Part shown: positions 39,085-48,432 of the stretch, piece after piece
How positions within the stretch are numbered: position 1 is the first letter of the stretch
Layout: every line of letters begins with the position of its first letter
Source of the DNA: an uncultured delta proteobacterium
GTDB taxonomy: Bacteria; Desulfobacterota; Binatia; UBA9968
Assembly (NCBI GenBank): GCA_963745035.1
Contig: CAVUVW010000014.1
Span: 960,001 to 1,024,000, forward strand
Direction of reading: 5' to 3'
DNA: 64,000 nucleotides
Notes under the pieces: model-generated
Databases searched by the model: none
Seen by the model: only the letters and a program-made list of their open reading frames with translations
What the model was told of the DNA's origin: nothing
Program-made: the position numbers and the translations under genes

Positions 39085-39153
39085 AAGAAAGATTTCTCTT
39101 TCGTTCGAAATGACAACTTTCCGGCCTGGGTCCCTTCGACTTCGCTCAGGACA
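39085..39153. repeat. Repeat family B copy plus CCCTTCGACTTCGCTCAGG palindromic repeat
   Basis: AGATTTCTCTTTCGTTCGAAATGACA similar to 30781. Confidence 0.6.
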
Positions 39154-39189
39154 TGCTCTGCGGGAGATATATCGAGATAGCGAAACGGC

Positions 39190-39669
39190 CTAGAACAATC
39201 CCGGCAGCCAACGTTTAACGGCTTTCGTGTAGGCAACGTAGGGTGGACCCAACGTGACGGACAAATTTCGCTCATCGGCAAGGACACGAAAGTGAAACCA
39301 GATCGCGACCGCGACCGTGATCAGCGCGGCTAACCAGGATCGAAGGGTCAAGGTCAAGCCGGTCAGAAAAATGATGTGGCCGAGATACATCGGGTTGCGG
39401 GTGTAAGCGTATAGTCCAGTGGAGACCAATCTCTCGCCCGGGACGTCCGGGCCGGGACCGCCGCCGCCGCGCGCCATGCGATACTTGCCGCACAGGCGAT
39501 ATTGTAAGTAGCCCCAGACCATGAGCGGTAAGAACCAAAAATTCGCCTCGATCCTGCCGCCGTGGATGATCCATTCCCAGCACAGCGTAGCCATGGGATA
39601 GACGAGAAAAGTCCTGACCGGAGTGCGGCTTAAAAATCTCACAAGATTTTGCGCCGTCGTTGTGCTCAT
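39190..39669 (-). CDS. Isoprenylcysteine carboxylmethyltransferase/PEMT family protein
   Basis: LVSTGLYAYTRNPMYLG, YTKAVKRWLP. Confidence 0.88.
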   Translation of the reverse strand: MSTTTAQNLVRFLSRTPVRTFLVYPMATLCWEWIIHGGRIEANFWFLPLMVWGYLQYRLCGKYRMARGGGGPGPDVPGERLVSTGLYAYTRNPMYLGHIIFLTGLTLTLRSWLAALITVAVAIWFHFRVLADERNLSVTLGPPYVAYTKAVKRWLPGLF

Positions 39670-39850
39670 CAGGGCTTTAAGTTCAAAGTTTAACCGCCTT
39701 TGCTCCGTTCCAGTCGTTTGACGGATTTAGCGCGTGGAGAAAAACACTAATTTTCAGAAAAATTCCCAGATGCTAAGCGATGCACGCCCGCGGTTTCAAA
39801 CTAGCTTCGAGTCGTGACTACGCCCGATCATTTGGTCTATACTCGCTTCC

Positions 39851-41327
39851 ATGAAACCCATAATCGATCCCGAAGGCCTCCGTCTACCGATCAAATTGGA
39901 TACCGCCTCCAATGGCGAATTCGAGCCGGTGCCGCTCTCGCCGGCGAACCACGCCGGCAACCGCCGAGCGCGCGCCGCGGCGACGGAAAACGCGCGGCGC
40001 TTGGGCATGAGCCGCCGCGGTTTTCTGGTTTCCGCGTGCGGCGCCGCGAGCACGCTGCTGGCGTTCAATGCTGCCAACGCGGCGGTTGGCAAGCTCGGCG
40101 GCTTTTTCGAGCTGGAACCCGAAGCGGCGCTGGAGCCGCGGCTTGCGCAGGCAAGGGTCGGCGGCAAGGGCGAGTTCATCTTCGACGTGCAGGGACACTT
40201 CGTCGATCCGACCGGCGCGTGGGTGAAGGCGGCGCCGCCGGATGCTTTCAAGTGGTCGCCTAAGGCCGGGTGCGCGCTCGCGGGCAAACCCGGGCGCGCG
40301 CAGCCATCTCAATTGTCTCGGGCCCGAGGAGTTCGTCAAAGACGTGTTTATGGACAGCGATACCGACATGATGGTGCTGTCGTTCGTGCCGTCCCGGCGC
40401 GATGCCGAGCCGCTCACAATTCAGGCGGCGGATGCGGTGCGGCGGATCGTCGATCGCATGGAGGGCTCGCACCGGCTGTTGATCCACGGCCGGGTCAATC
40501 CGAATCAGCCGGGCGATCTCGAGTCGATGGACGAGCTCAAGGAGCGCTGGAAAGTATCCGCGTGGAAGACGTACACGCAGTGGGGCGTGGACGGCAAAGG
40601 ATTCTTTCTGTCGGACGACATCGGCACGCGCTTCATCGAGAAGGCGCGCGCGCTCGGCGTGAAAGTGATCTGCGTGCACAAAGGATTGCCTTTCGGCAAA
40701 CAGTCCTACGAGCACAGCCAGTGCAGCGACATCGGCGTGGTGGCGAAGCGCTTTCCCGACGTGAGCTTTCTCATCTACCACTCGGGTTTCGTCACCGGCG
40801 TCCCGGAGCGAGCGTACAGCGGGCGCGGCGCGAGCGACGGCATCGACACTTTGATTCGCTCTCTCGTGGAGAACGACGTCAAACCGAACAGCAACGTGTA
40901 CGCCGAGCTCGGCAGCACCTGGCGTTTTCTCATGCGCGAGCCGAACAGCGCGGCCCACGCGCTCGGCAAGCTCGTCAAGTATTGCGGCGAAAACAACGTG
41001 CTCTGGGGCACGGACTCCATCTGGTACGGCTCGCCGCAAGACCAGATCCAGGCGTTTCGCACCTTCCAGATCGCGCCCGAGCTGCGCTCGATGTACGGCT
41101 ACGCCGAGATCACCCCGGCGCTGCGCGCCAAAATCTTCGGGTTGAATGCCGCCAAGGTCTACGGGATCAGCGCGGACGAGGTGAAAAAGCACATGCGCGC
41201 CGACTCGATCGCCAAGGAGCGTTATGCGTATTCGGAAAATCCGCAGCCGCACTATCTCACTTACGGACCTAAAACCCGCCGGCAATTCTTGAATTTGCTG
41301 GGCTGGAACGGCGGATCGCGGGCGTAA
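39851..41327 (+). CDS. Amidohydrolase family protein with twin-arginine-like motif; frameshift near 40290
   Basis: SNGEF.P, SRRGFL, IFDVQGH, WKTYT, CVHKG, WGTDSIWYGSPQ. Confidence 0.85.
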
Positions 41328-41479
41328 CAATTGTTTCTGACATTCAAAACGTTCAAGCCGTTCAGATCGTTTGAAACGTTTAGATCCGCGGGTCCAAAGT
41401 TCAAAACTCAAGCTGACTCGGTTGACTGCTCGCGCAGGCTCCGCGATAACAACTCAATCGGAAAGGAGACAACTGAGCG

Positions 41480-42580
41480 ATGATCATTTTGAGCAACGAA
41501 GAGGTCAGCGAGTTGCTGTCGATGGAAAGCTGCCTGCGGCATCTGGAGTCGGCCTATGTCGAATTGTCCGAAGGCGCGGCGGTGAATCGGCCGCGCAGCG
41601 ATCTGTATCTACCGGCGACGACCAGCAACGGCGTCTATTGCTTCAAGACCATGGAAGGCGGTCTGGCGCGGGAAAAGATCGTCGCGCTGCGGCTCAACTC
41701 GGACGTCATCAAGTGGGAAGATAAGGGCGGCCGCATCATCAAGGACAAAGTGCCGGCGGCGCCGGGCAACAAGTGGGTCGGGCTCGTGATGCTGTTTTCG
41801 GCCGAGAGCGGCGAGCCGCTGGCGATTTTTCCCGACGGTATTATTCAAGGCATCCGCGTCGCGGCCAGCAGCGCGCTCGCCGCGCGGTTTCTCGCGCGAG
41901 AGGATGCAGCGGTCCTTGGCGTGCTGGGATCGGGTTGGCAGGCGCGCGCGCACGCGAAGGCGATGTGCGCGGTGCGTCCGATCAAAAAAATACTGGCGCA
42001 TAGTCCCACGAAAGCCAACCGGGAAAACTTCGCCGGCGAAATAGAAAAGGAACTTGGCGTTCCGGTGGACGCCGTCGCATCCGGAGAGTCGGTGGCCGGG
42101 CACGCGGATATCCTCGTCGCCGCGACCAATTCGGTATCGCGGGTGGTGCCGCCCGAGTGGCTGAGGCCCGGCATGCACGTCACTTGCGTGAAAATCACCG
42201 AGCTGGGCGAAGAGACTCTCCGGAAATTTGATCGCCTGGTCATCCATACGCGGAAGTGGGCGCCGGACAATTATATCACCGGGTTCAACGATGAAAGAGT
42301 CGAAGCGCATGATCCGATCGATCTCCTGACCGAAGGCGGCAAGGGATCGCCCACCGCGCCGAAACCGCCGTTCTGGCTCGGCGCGCCGGAGTTGAAGGAC
42401 GTGGTGGCGGGGAAACTTCCCGGGCGCCAATCCGCGCGGGAGATCACCTGCTTCAATAACAATATCGGTCTCGGCATTCAGTTCGCCGCGCTCGGCAAAG
42501 CGATCTTCGACGCCGCGAAGGCGAAGGGACTGGGCCGCGAGATTCCGACGGACTGGTTCTTGGAGACGGTGCATCCGTAA
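41480..42580 (+). CDS. Ornithine cyclodeaminase/mu-crystallin family protein
   Basis: GEPLAI, RVAASS, GSGWQA, AATNS, GLGIQFAA. Confidence 0.9.
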   Translation: MIILSNEEVSELLSMESCLRHLESAYVELSEGAAVNRPRSDLYLPATTSNGVYCFKTMEGGLAREKIVALRLNSDVIKWEDKGGRIIKDKVPAAPGNKWVGLVMLFSAESGEPLAIFPDGIIQGIRVAASSALAARFLAREDAAVLGVLGSGWQARAHAKAMCAVRPIKKILAHSPTKANRENFAGEIEKELGVPVDAVASGESVAGHADILVAATNSVSRVVPPEWLRPGMHVTCVKITELGEETLRKFDRLVIHTRKWAPDNYITGFNDERVEAHDPIDLLTEGGKGSPTAPKPPFWLGAPELKDVVAGKLPGRQSAREITCFNNNIGLGIQFAALGKAIFDAAKAKGLGREIPTDWFLETVHP

Positions 42581-42586
42581 AACAGC

Positions 42587-42720
42587 TTCGCGTCTCGGGT
42601 TTCGCGTCTAGAGTTACGGATAGAAGCAAATCCAGCGAAGTGTTGAAGCGAACTGCCTGAGGATTCTCGTGGGGTCGGATTCTTTACAACCCGAGGCGCG
42701 GAACCCGAGACCCGAGACTC
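42587..42720. repeat. Inverted arrays of heptamer repeats (GTCTCGG / CCGAGAC)
   Basis: Degenerate tandem units in opposite orientation between convergent genes. Confidence 0.6.
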
Positions 42721-42721
42721 T

Positions 42722-43705
42722 CTACTTCTGCATACCGATCTGGCGCAGGAAGCCTTGATCCTCGAGGGTCTTGACGATGCTGCCGTCGAGGAATTGATCG
42801 GGGTTGGCTTTTTTCGCTTCCGGATTCGGGCTTAGTTTGAGCGTCTCGACGATCCCCTCGCGATTGGGATAGGGCGGGCGGACCACGTAATCGACGGCGT
42901 ACTGATAAGTCGCTTCGATAATGTCGTCGGCGGTGTCGCGAGTGTACTTCTGAATGACTTTCTTCGCCGTCGCTTTGTCTTGCACGAATCGCTGCAGGCC
43001 TTCGGAATAGCCGCGAAAGAAATTCAGCGCCGTTTCGCGGTTGGTTTTCAAGTAAGCGCGCCGGGTGATGACGGCGGTGTGGGGAAAATAGACGCCGGCC
43101 TTGGCCATATCGAGCAGCGGCTGGGCGCCGGCGGCGCGGGCGCGGATGTGAGTTGGCGCCGACAAGGGCGCAGCGACGATCAGCCGCTTGGAAAGCGCCG
43201 CGGCCAACTCGGGCATGCCGCCGAGCTGGAGGATGTTGAGATCCTTGTCGGGGTTGAAGCCGTTTTTCTGCACTAGATAGCGCAACGCGAAATCGGTGGA
43301 CGAGCCGAAGCGCGTGACCCCGACAGTTTTGCCTTTTAAGTCCCCCACGCTTTTGATCTCTGGGAGAGCCATCATGTAGAACGCCGGCACGTTGGCGACG
43401 CCGCCGACAAAAACCAGGTCGGCGCCGCTCAGAACCGCGCTCACCACCGGCGCGCCGCCGGAAAAGGCGATCTGCGAGTCGCCCGTCAGGACCACGCGGG
43501 TTACTTGCAGAGCGGTGGGGATGTAGATTAACTCGACTTCGAGCCCGTATTTGTGAAATATGTTCTGCTCGGTGGTATACCAAAGCGGCGCGTTGATCCC
43601 GCTGATGGCGGGGTAGATGACGTTCAGTCGAGTACGGCTTTGCGGCCAAGCCGAGGTCGCGGTCAGGCAAAGTATCAGCAAGCCGCTTAGAAGCGATGTC
43701 TTCAT
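42722..43705 (-). CDS. ABC substrate-binding protein (NMT1/THI5-like)
   Basis: DLKGKTVGVTRFGSSTD, PYPNREG, signal peptide. Confidence 0.88.
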   Translation of the reverse strand: MKTSLLSGLLILCLTATSAWPQSRTRLNVIYPAISGINAPLWYTTEQNIFHKYGLEVELIYIPTALQVTRVVLTGDSQIAFSGGAPVVSAVLSGADLVFVGGVANVPAFYMMALPEIKSVGDLKGKTVGVTRFGSSTDFALRYLVQKNGFNPDKDLNILQLGGMPELAAALSKRLIVAAPLSAPTHIRARAAGAQPLLDMAKAGVYFPHTAVITRRAYLKTNRETALNFFRGYSEGLQRFVQDKATAKKVIQKYTRDTADDIIEATYQYAVDYVVRPPYPNREGIVETLKLSPNPEAKKANPDQFLDGSIVKTLEDQGFLRQIGMQK

Positions 43706-43895
43706 GGCCGGCACCTTATGGAGGCCATGCTACCGTGTCAAGAAGACTGTTTGAAGACTTGCAAGTAGTGGTGCAAGGGTATCGGGAAAGATGCATCCGT
43801 CGAATTCAGACTACGCTTTCCCTGTCATCTCAACAGACTTATCGACGGGCGGCCTTGGCCTTGGCATAAGCTCTTGAAATCGCATTGGAGGCGGC

Positions 43896-44397
43896 ATGAA
43901 GCGAGAAGTGGCGACGGAGATCGTCGATTCCCTCAAAGAGGCAGGCGTCGATTTCGTCGCGACGCTGACCGAAGCGAACCTGCATGATCTTGTGATTGCG
44001 CTCGGTGAGGACGCCGCGATTCACCACGTGCCGGTGACCAGCGAGGAAGAGGGCATCGGCATCTGCGCCGGCGCATACCTGGGCGGCAAGCGGCCGGCGA
44101 TGGTAATGATGAATGCCGGCTTTTTATTGTCGACCAATGCGCTGGCGACGGTTTGCATTCATCCGGGCATTCCGGTGTTGATGCTCATCGGTCACAGCGG
44201 CGGGGTCGGCGAGGAAAACGCCGGGCACGCGACTGTCGGCGCTCTTGACCGAGCCGGTGCTGCAAGCCATGCACATCGTCTACGAGAAAGTCGGGCGCTT
44301 CGAGGAGATTCGTCCGACCATTCGCGATAGCCAGATGTTGGCGCGATCGTCGCGACGGCCGACCGCGATCGTCCTGAACAAGCAAGCGCTGAGGTAG
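43896..44397 (+). CDS. comD: Sulfopyruvate/phosphonopyruvate decarboxylase alpha subunit-like; frameshift near 44245
   Basis: EEEGIGICAGAYLGGK.P...MMNAG motif; paired with beta subunit. Confidence 0.72.
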
Positions 44398-44400
44398 GAA

Positions 44401-45018
44401 ATGAAAAGATATGATTGTCTGCGCGCGATCGCGCCGCATTTCGCCGACGAATTGGTCGTGACCAATCTCGGGGCCGTGCGCCACGAATGGCAGGCGCTGA
44501 GACCGCACCATGGCAATTACCATCTACAAAATCTCGGGCTCACGTCGTCGATGGCGCTCGGATTGGCGCTCGCTTTGCCGCACCGCAAGGTCGTCGCCTT
44601 CGACGGCGACGGCTCGCTATTGCTGAATCTCGGCAGTCTCGCGACCATCGCGAACCAGCACCCGAAAAATCTCGTGCACGTCGTCTTCGACAACGAATGC
44701 TACGAGTCTTCGCGTGGCGCGCCGACAGCCACGGCCGGACAGGCGGACTTGGCCGCGGTCGCGCGCGGCTGCGGTATTGGCAACGTGATAACGGCGAAGA
44801 CTGTTGGGGAGTTCGAGGAAGGGTTTTTGCGCGGCGTCAAAAGCAACGACCTCTGTTTCATTCTCGCCAAAGTCGAGCCCGGAGCTGGCGACGTGCCGGC
44901 GGCGCCGTTGGATTCGCAGGAAAACAAATACCTGTTCGTGCGCTACATCGAGAAAAGCGAGAACGTAAAAATCCTCACCTCGACGCTGTCGCGGGCGAGC
45001 GAGCCGCGCGGCAAGTGA
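44401..45018 (+). CDS. comE: Sulfopyruvate decarboxylase beta subunit-like (TPP-binding)
   Basis: DGDGSLLLNLGSL..VFDN TPP motif. Confidence 0.72.
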   Translation: MKRYDCLRAIAPHFADELVVTNLGAVRHEWQALRPHHGNYHLQNLGLTSSMALGLALALPHRKVVAFDGDGSLLLNLGSLATIANQHPKNLVHVVFDNECYESSRGAPTATAGQADLAAVARGCGIGNVITAKTVGEFEEGFLRGVKSNDLCFILAKVEPGAGDVPAAPLDSQENKYLFVRYIEKSENVKILTSTLSRASEPRGK

Positions 45019-45054
45019 GCGCAGTTGCCGCGATCGGCAACTGCGCTCAGGTGA

Positions 45055-45303
45055 TTACGCTTGATTGCGAGAGACCGTTGCATGCTTGCGACGGATTTCC
45101 TCCTGCTCACGTTCGGAATACCAATCGTCGGCCCATTGTTGAACTTCGTTCGTCCGATCGCCGTAGCGCTTTTGAACCATGCCTAGAAACTTTTCATAGT
45201 CGCCTTCACATTCGAGTATATCGTCGTCGGTGACTTGTCCCCATTTTCTTTTGAGCTCGCCTTTAAATTCGTGCCAGCTACCTTTGAACTTATTTTGCTC
45301 CAT
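45055..45303 (-). CDS. CsbD family protein
   Basis: KGSWHEFKGELKRKWGQVTDDD..G.VQKRYG. Confidence 0.88.
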   Translation of the reverse strand: MEQNKFKGSWHEFKGELKRKWGQVTDDDILECEGDYEKFLGMVQKRYGDRTNEVQQWADDWYSEREQEEIRRKHATVSRNQA

Positions 45304-45342
45304 TGCTTCCTCCTTGGCCGATTGCTTACGAACCAAAGTCAG

Positions 45343-45359
45343 TGCAGAACTAATGCCAG
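45343..45359 (-). promoter_or_regulatory. Sigma54-type promoter upstream of csbD-like gene
   Basis: Minus strand CTGGCATTAGTTCTGCA = GG-N10-GC. Confidence 0.55.
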
Positions 45360-45535
45360 AAACCAGGTTATTGTGACCAAGTGATCAGAAAAGCTCAGAA
45401 AATCGGCAAGCAAAGGGACTGAGGGGTGGCTCAGAAACCCGATGGCAAGCCGAACCGTCTTCGTTCTGCGACAACTTTGCAGGAAGAACACCGCCAGCAG
45501 CCACAGTGATTCTCCTGACAACAGGGCTTTCGGTG

Positions 45536-46027
45536 CTAGTAGATGTTCAGCGCAAGTCCGGCCGCCAGAGTGGCGCCGATCTCCTCACAGCGCTGTAAGT
45601 CGAACGGCCCGATCTCTTTCGGCGCAAGGATGGCGTCGGGTGTTTGCGCGTGGGTGCAGACGATGATCGGTTCGGCGACCGCTTTGAGGCGCCAGCCCGT
45701 GGCGATTCGTTGAATTTGCCGCGCGGCGTTTTCGCCGTCGCTGCCGGCGCAGATGAGAACGGCATAAGGGCGGCCGACGATGCGGTCCAAAACCGGATAG
45801 TAGGTGCGGTCGAAAAAATCTTTCATCATGCCCGACATCATCGCGAGATTTTCCGGAGTGGCGAAGACGTAGCCGTCGGCCTGAAGCAGCTCGTCCGGAC
45901 CGGCTTCAGCGGCATGAATAAAGTTCAGCGACACGTCGGGCTCTGAGGCCGCGCCTTTGGCGGCCGCTTCGGCCATTTGGTAAGTGCCGCCGGTTTTGGA
46001 GTGGAAGACGATCAGCAGTTTCTTCAT
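45536..46027 (-). CDS. Flavodoxin/WrbA-like NAD(P)H-dependent FMN protein
   Basis: HSKTGGTYQMA, ATPENL..MSG.MKDFFDR. Confidence 0.88.
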   Translation of the reverse strand: MKKLLIVFHSKTGGTYQMAEAAAKGAASEPDVSLNFIHAAEAGPDELLQADGYVFATPENLAMMSGMMKDFFDRTYYPVLDRIVGRPYAVLICAGSDGENAARQIQRIATGWRLKAVAEPIIVCTHAQTPDAILAPKEIGPFDLQRCEEIGATLAAGLALNIY

Positions 46028-46042
46028 GGGAAGAATACATCT

Positions 46043-46112
46043 TACCGCAGAGACGCGGAGAGCGTAGAGGGAAGACGCTTCTTTCTCTGCGACCTCCGCG
46101 CCTCGGCCGGTG
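46043..46112. repeat. REP-like palindrome family A
   Basis: ACCGCAGAGACGCGGAG ... CTCCGCGCCTCGGCCGGT. Confidence 0.7.
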
Positions 46113-46114
46113 AA

Positions 46115-47044
46115 CTATGCTTTCGTGGAAAGGCGGAGGACGAGGTCGTCGATGAAGCCCTCGTCGTCCAACTCTTTGACCCAGTGGAGATCCCATAGCG
46201 TCATGGGGTTCTCGATGCGCGCGCCGTATTCGTGGGCGGCGATGGCGTTGGTGTTCACGATCGCTTCGGCGGTCGGGTAGGGCTTGACGCGGAGCATCTC
46301 GGCGATGGAGCCGACCTGCCGGCGCAGCTCTGCGCGATCGGAGACTTCCATGAGCCGCATGGGTTCTTGGGCGGCGATCTCCACCGCCTCGTCTGTGCTG
46401 GTAATCAACAAGGCGAGAGCGTGGATGACCGCCTTCATATAAGCTTTCATCAACGCGGAATTTTCCGCGGCGAAGCTCGACATGCAGGCCTGGGCGAAAT
46501 TGCTGACGATCTCGGCTTCCTCGACGGGAAAGGTCTTCAGTCCGGCGGCGAGCGCGGGCGGCAGATAGATCGGCGCGACGAAGCAGGCGGCGCATTCGCC
46601 GCTCGCCACTTTGCGCCACTGCTGCCAGCGGCCGATCTCCTTGTCGGTTACTATGACCGTTTCGACGTCCCGCTCCAAGCCCACCTTGCGCAGCCACAAG
46701 GTGACGGCAAAGGGCCTGCCCAAGTCGCGCACCGCCATGCGCTTGCCGCGCAATTGATCGATGGAAGTGAAATCGCGCGGCACGACCAGTTGAAGGCCGC
46801 GGTGGAGCTGCGGCGCGCAGAAGAACGTTACTTTTCGGCCGCGCGCCGCCTCCAGGTAGAGATACTCGATATGTTCGATGATCGTGTCACAGCGACCGTC
46901 GAGCAGGGCGTTCTCGAAGGCCTGCCGCTCGTGAATGTGAACCACTTCGACGTTCACGCCGTAGTGCTTTTCGGCCATGGCTTTGATGCAATAGATGACG
47001 GGCGTGCGATCGTGGTCGCGGTAGGCAAGACGTACGGTTGCCAT
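46115..47044 (-). CDS. ABC substrate-binding protein-like (NMT1-type, no clear signal peptide)
   Basis: QLRGKRMAV, KPYPTAEAI, WDLHWVKELDDEGFID; separate gene fused to the upstream ORF only by a frameshift. Confidence 0.72.
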   Translation of the reverse strand: MATVRLAYRDHDRTPVIYCIKAMAEKHYGVNVEVVHIHERQAFENALLDGRCDTIIEHIEYLYLEAARGRKVTFFCAPQLHRGLQLVVPRDFTSIDQLRGKRMAVRDLGRPFAVTLWLRKVGLERDVETVIVTDKEIGRWQQWRKVASGECAACFVAPIYLPPALAAGLKTFPVEEAEIVSNFAQACMSSFAAENSALMKAYMKAVIHALALLITSTDEAVEIAAQEPMRLMEVSDRAELRRQVGSIAEMLRVKPYPTAEAIVNTNAIAAHEYGARIENPMTLWDLHWVKELDDEGFIDDLVLRLSTKA

Positions 47045-47046
47045 TG

Positions 47047-47782
47047 CTAAAACGGACCTTCGGGTGGGCTGGGCCACGACTTCAGCAACTTGCCGTAGCC
47101 GCTGATCTCGTATTTTGCGCCGAGCTTGGAAAGGATCAGCCACAGCATGGCCGGGTTGCTGGCGACGATCGGGTATTTTCAGTTCGGCTTCGAGGCTTTC
47201 GAGGATAGGGATCGGGTCGAGCAGGGCCCCCTGAAAGTAAATGGCGTCTACGTCGGGATACTGCGCGAGCGCGCTCCGGGTCATCGACGCCACATCGGTG
47301 CTGGAAAGTTTTTGCGCGTCGGTGTGGGCGCGCAGGGTTTGCGGCGGGTAGAACGACTCGATGCCAAAGCCGGCGAGATAGTCGCGGTAAAGTTTCTTTA
47401 GCTGATCGTCCACCGGCGTCATCAAGAGAATGCGCTTGGCGGAAAAGGCGGTGAGCGCGGCGACGGACGACCTGAGCGCGAGGGAGACGGGCACCGGCAA
47501 CGCTGCGGAAACCTTTTCCCACATGCCGGGATTGAGCGCTTCCTTGGGTGCGCCGCTGATGATCACGCCTTGCCAGCCGTGCTCGGCGATGAGCGCCCGT
47601 GTCTGATCGATCAGCGCATCCAACTTGCCGCGGGCATCGTAGAGTGAGGTTTTCTCGCCGGCTTCCTGGATAAACGTGAAATCGATGTCTTTGGGGATGA
47701 AAGCGCGAAAGCTATCGTGGTGCGGACTCGACGGCGCGCTGGAACCGATGAAACCGATCTTTAGTTTAGGCGCGGGCGACAT
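47047..47782 (-). CDS. Asp/Glu racemase / maleate isomerase / arylmalonate decarboxylase-fold protein; frameshift near 47170
   Basis: ALTAFSAKRILLMTP, DVDAIYF, LEAELKIP(I)VASNPAMLW. Confidence 0.72.
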
Positions 47783-47838
47783 AGCTGCCTAACGTGACAA
47801 ATTTTCTTGGCTCATTCATCAAGGCCAGGGCTTGCTAT

Positions 47839-48033
47839 CTATTTCGGCGGCGTTTCCGAAGCGAGCACGCCGCGTACGCCCCAGTCTTCTTTCGCGACAT
47901 CGTGAAAAAGAATGTTCAGCGACTCGGGCTTGATGTTGGCGACTTCCTCGAAGTCTTTGGAGATGCGTTTGACCAATTCATTTTTTACTTGCGTGCTTCT
48001 TCCGGGGAACAAGTAGATATGGACGACTGGCAT
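47839..48033 (-). CDS. 4-oxalocrotonate tautomerase family protein
   Basis: Pro-1 (MPVVHI), GRS..K, WGVRG. Confidence 0.88.
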   Translation of the reverse strand: MPVVHIYLFPGRSTQVKNELVKRISKDFEEVANIKPESLNILFHDVAKEDWGVRGVLASETPPK

Positions 48034-48243
48034 GGTGACCTCCCGTGCAATTTCGTTGGTTCAGGCATATGCAAGTGCGGAACGAAAGGCAACTGGAAAA
48101 GGACGGCATGCTGGGAAAGATTCTTCCTTGCCGTTTGGAATTGTATGATCTGTCATCCCACTAAATACGCGGTCAATGCCGAGTGCTTGACTCGGGAGGC
48201 CGCTTGGGATGAGAATGGCCGCACATCACGCGGGAGAATGATC

Positions 48244-48432
48244 ATGGAAAGAACAGTCACCAGCCGGTTCGGCATTTCGCTTTCGGAACGAGTTTCGTTC
48301 CTGATCAAGTCAGGTATTTTTCTCGCCGTCTGCGGCGCGACTCTGTTCGTTGCCTTGGCCGCCAGTTATCCCGCGGTTCATGACACCCTGCACAACGTGC
48401 GTCACGCGCTAGCCATCGTTCCTTGTCACTAA
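48244..48432 (+). CDS. CbtB-like small membrane protein (putative cobalt transporter subunit)
   Basis: TM helix followed by VHDTLHNVRHALAIVPCH. Confidence 0.75.
   Translation: MERTVTSRFGISLSERVSFLIKSGIFLAVCGATLFVALAASYPAVHDTLHNVRHALAIVPCH

Noticed and set aside
46115-47782. 555-aa racemase/binding-protein fusion in the ORF track
   Set aside because: Artefact of a frameshift near 47170. The racemase-like gene has its own stop at ~47047 and the second gene its own ATG at 47044.
48035-48243. Cobalamin riboswitch or NikR box upstream of the cbtB-like gene
   Set aside because: No B12-box or conserved core is recognisable, and the GTATGA half-site lacks the correct spacing.
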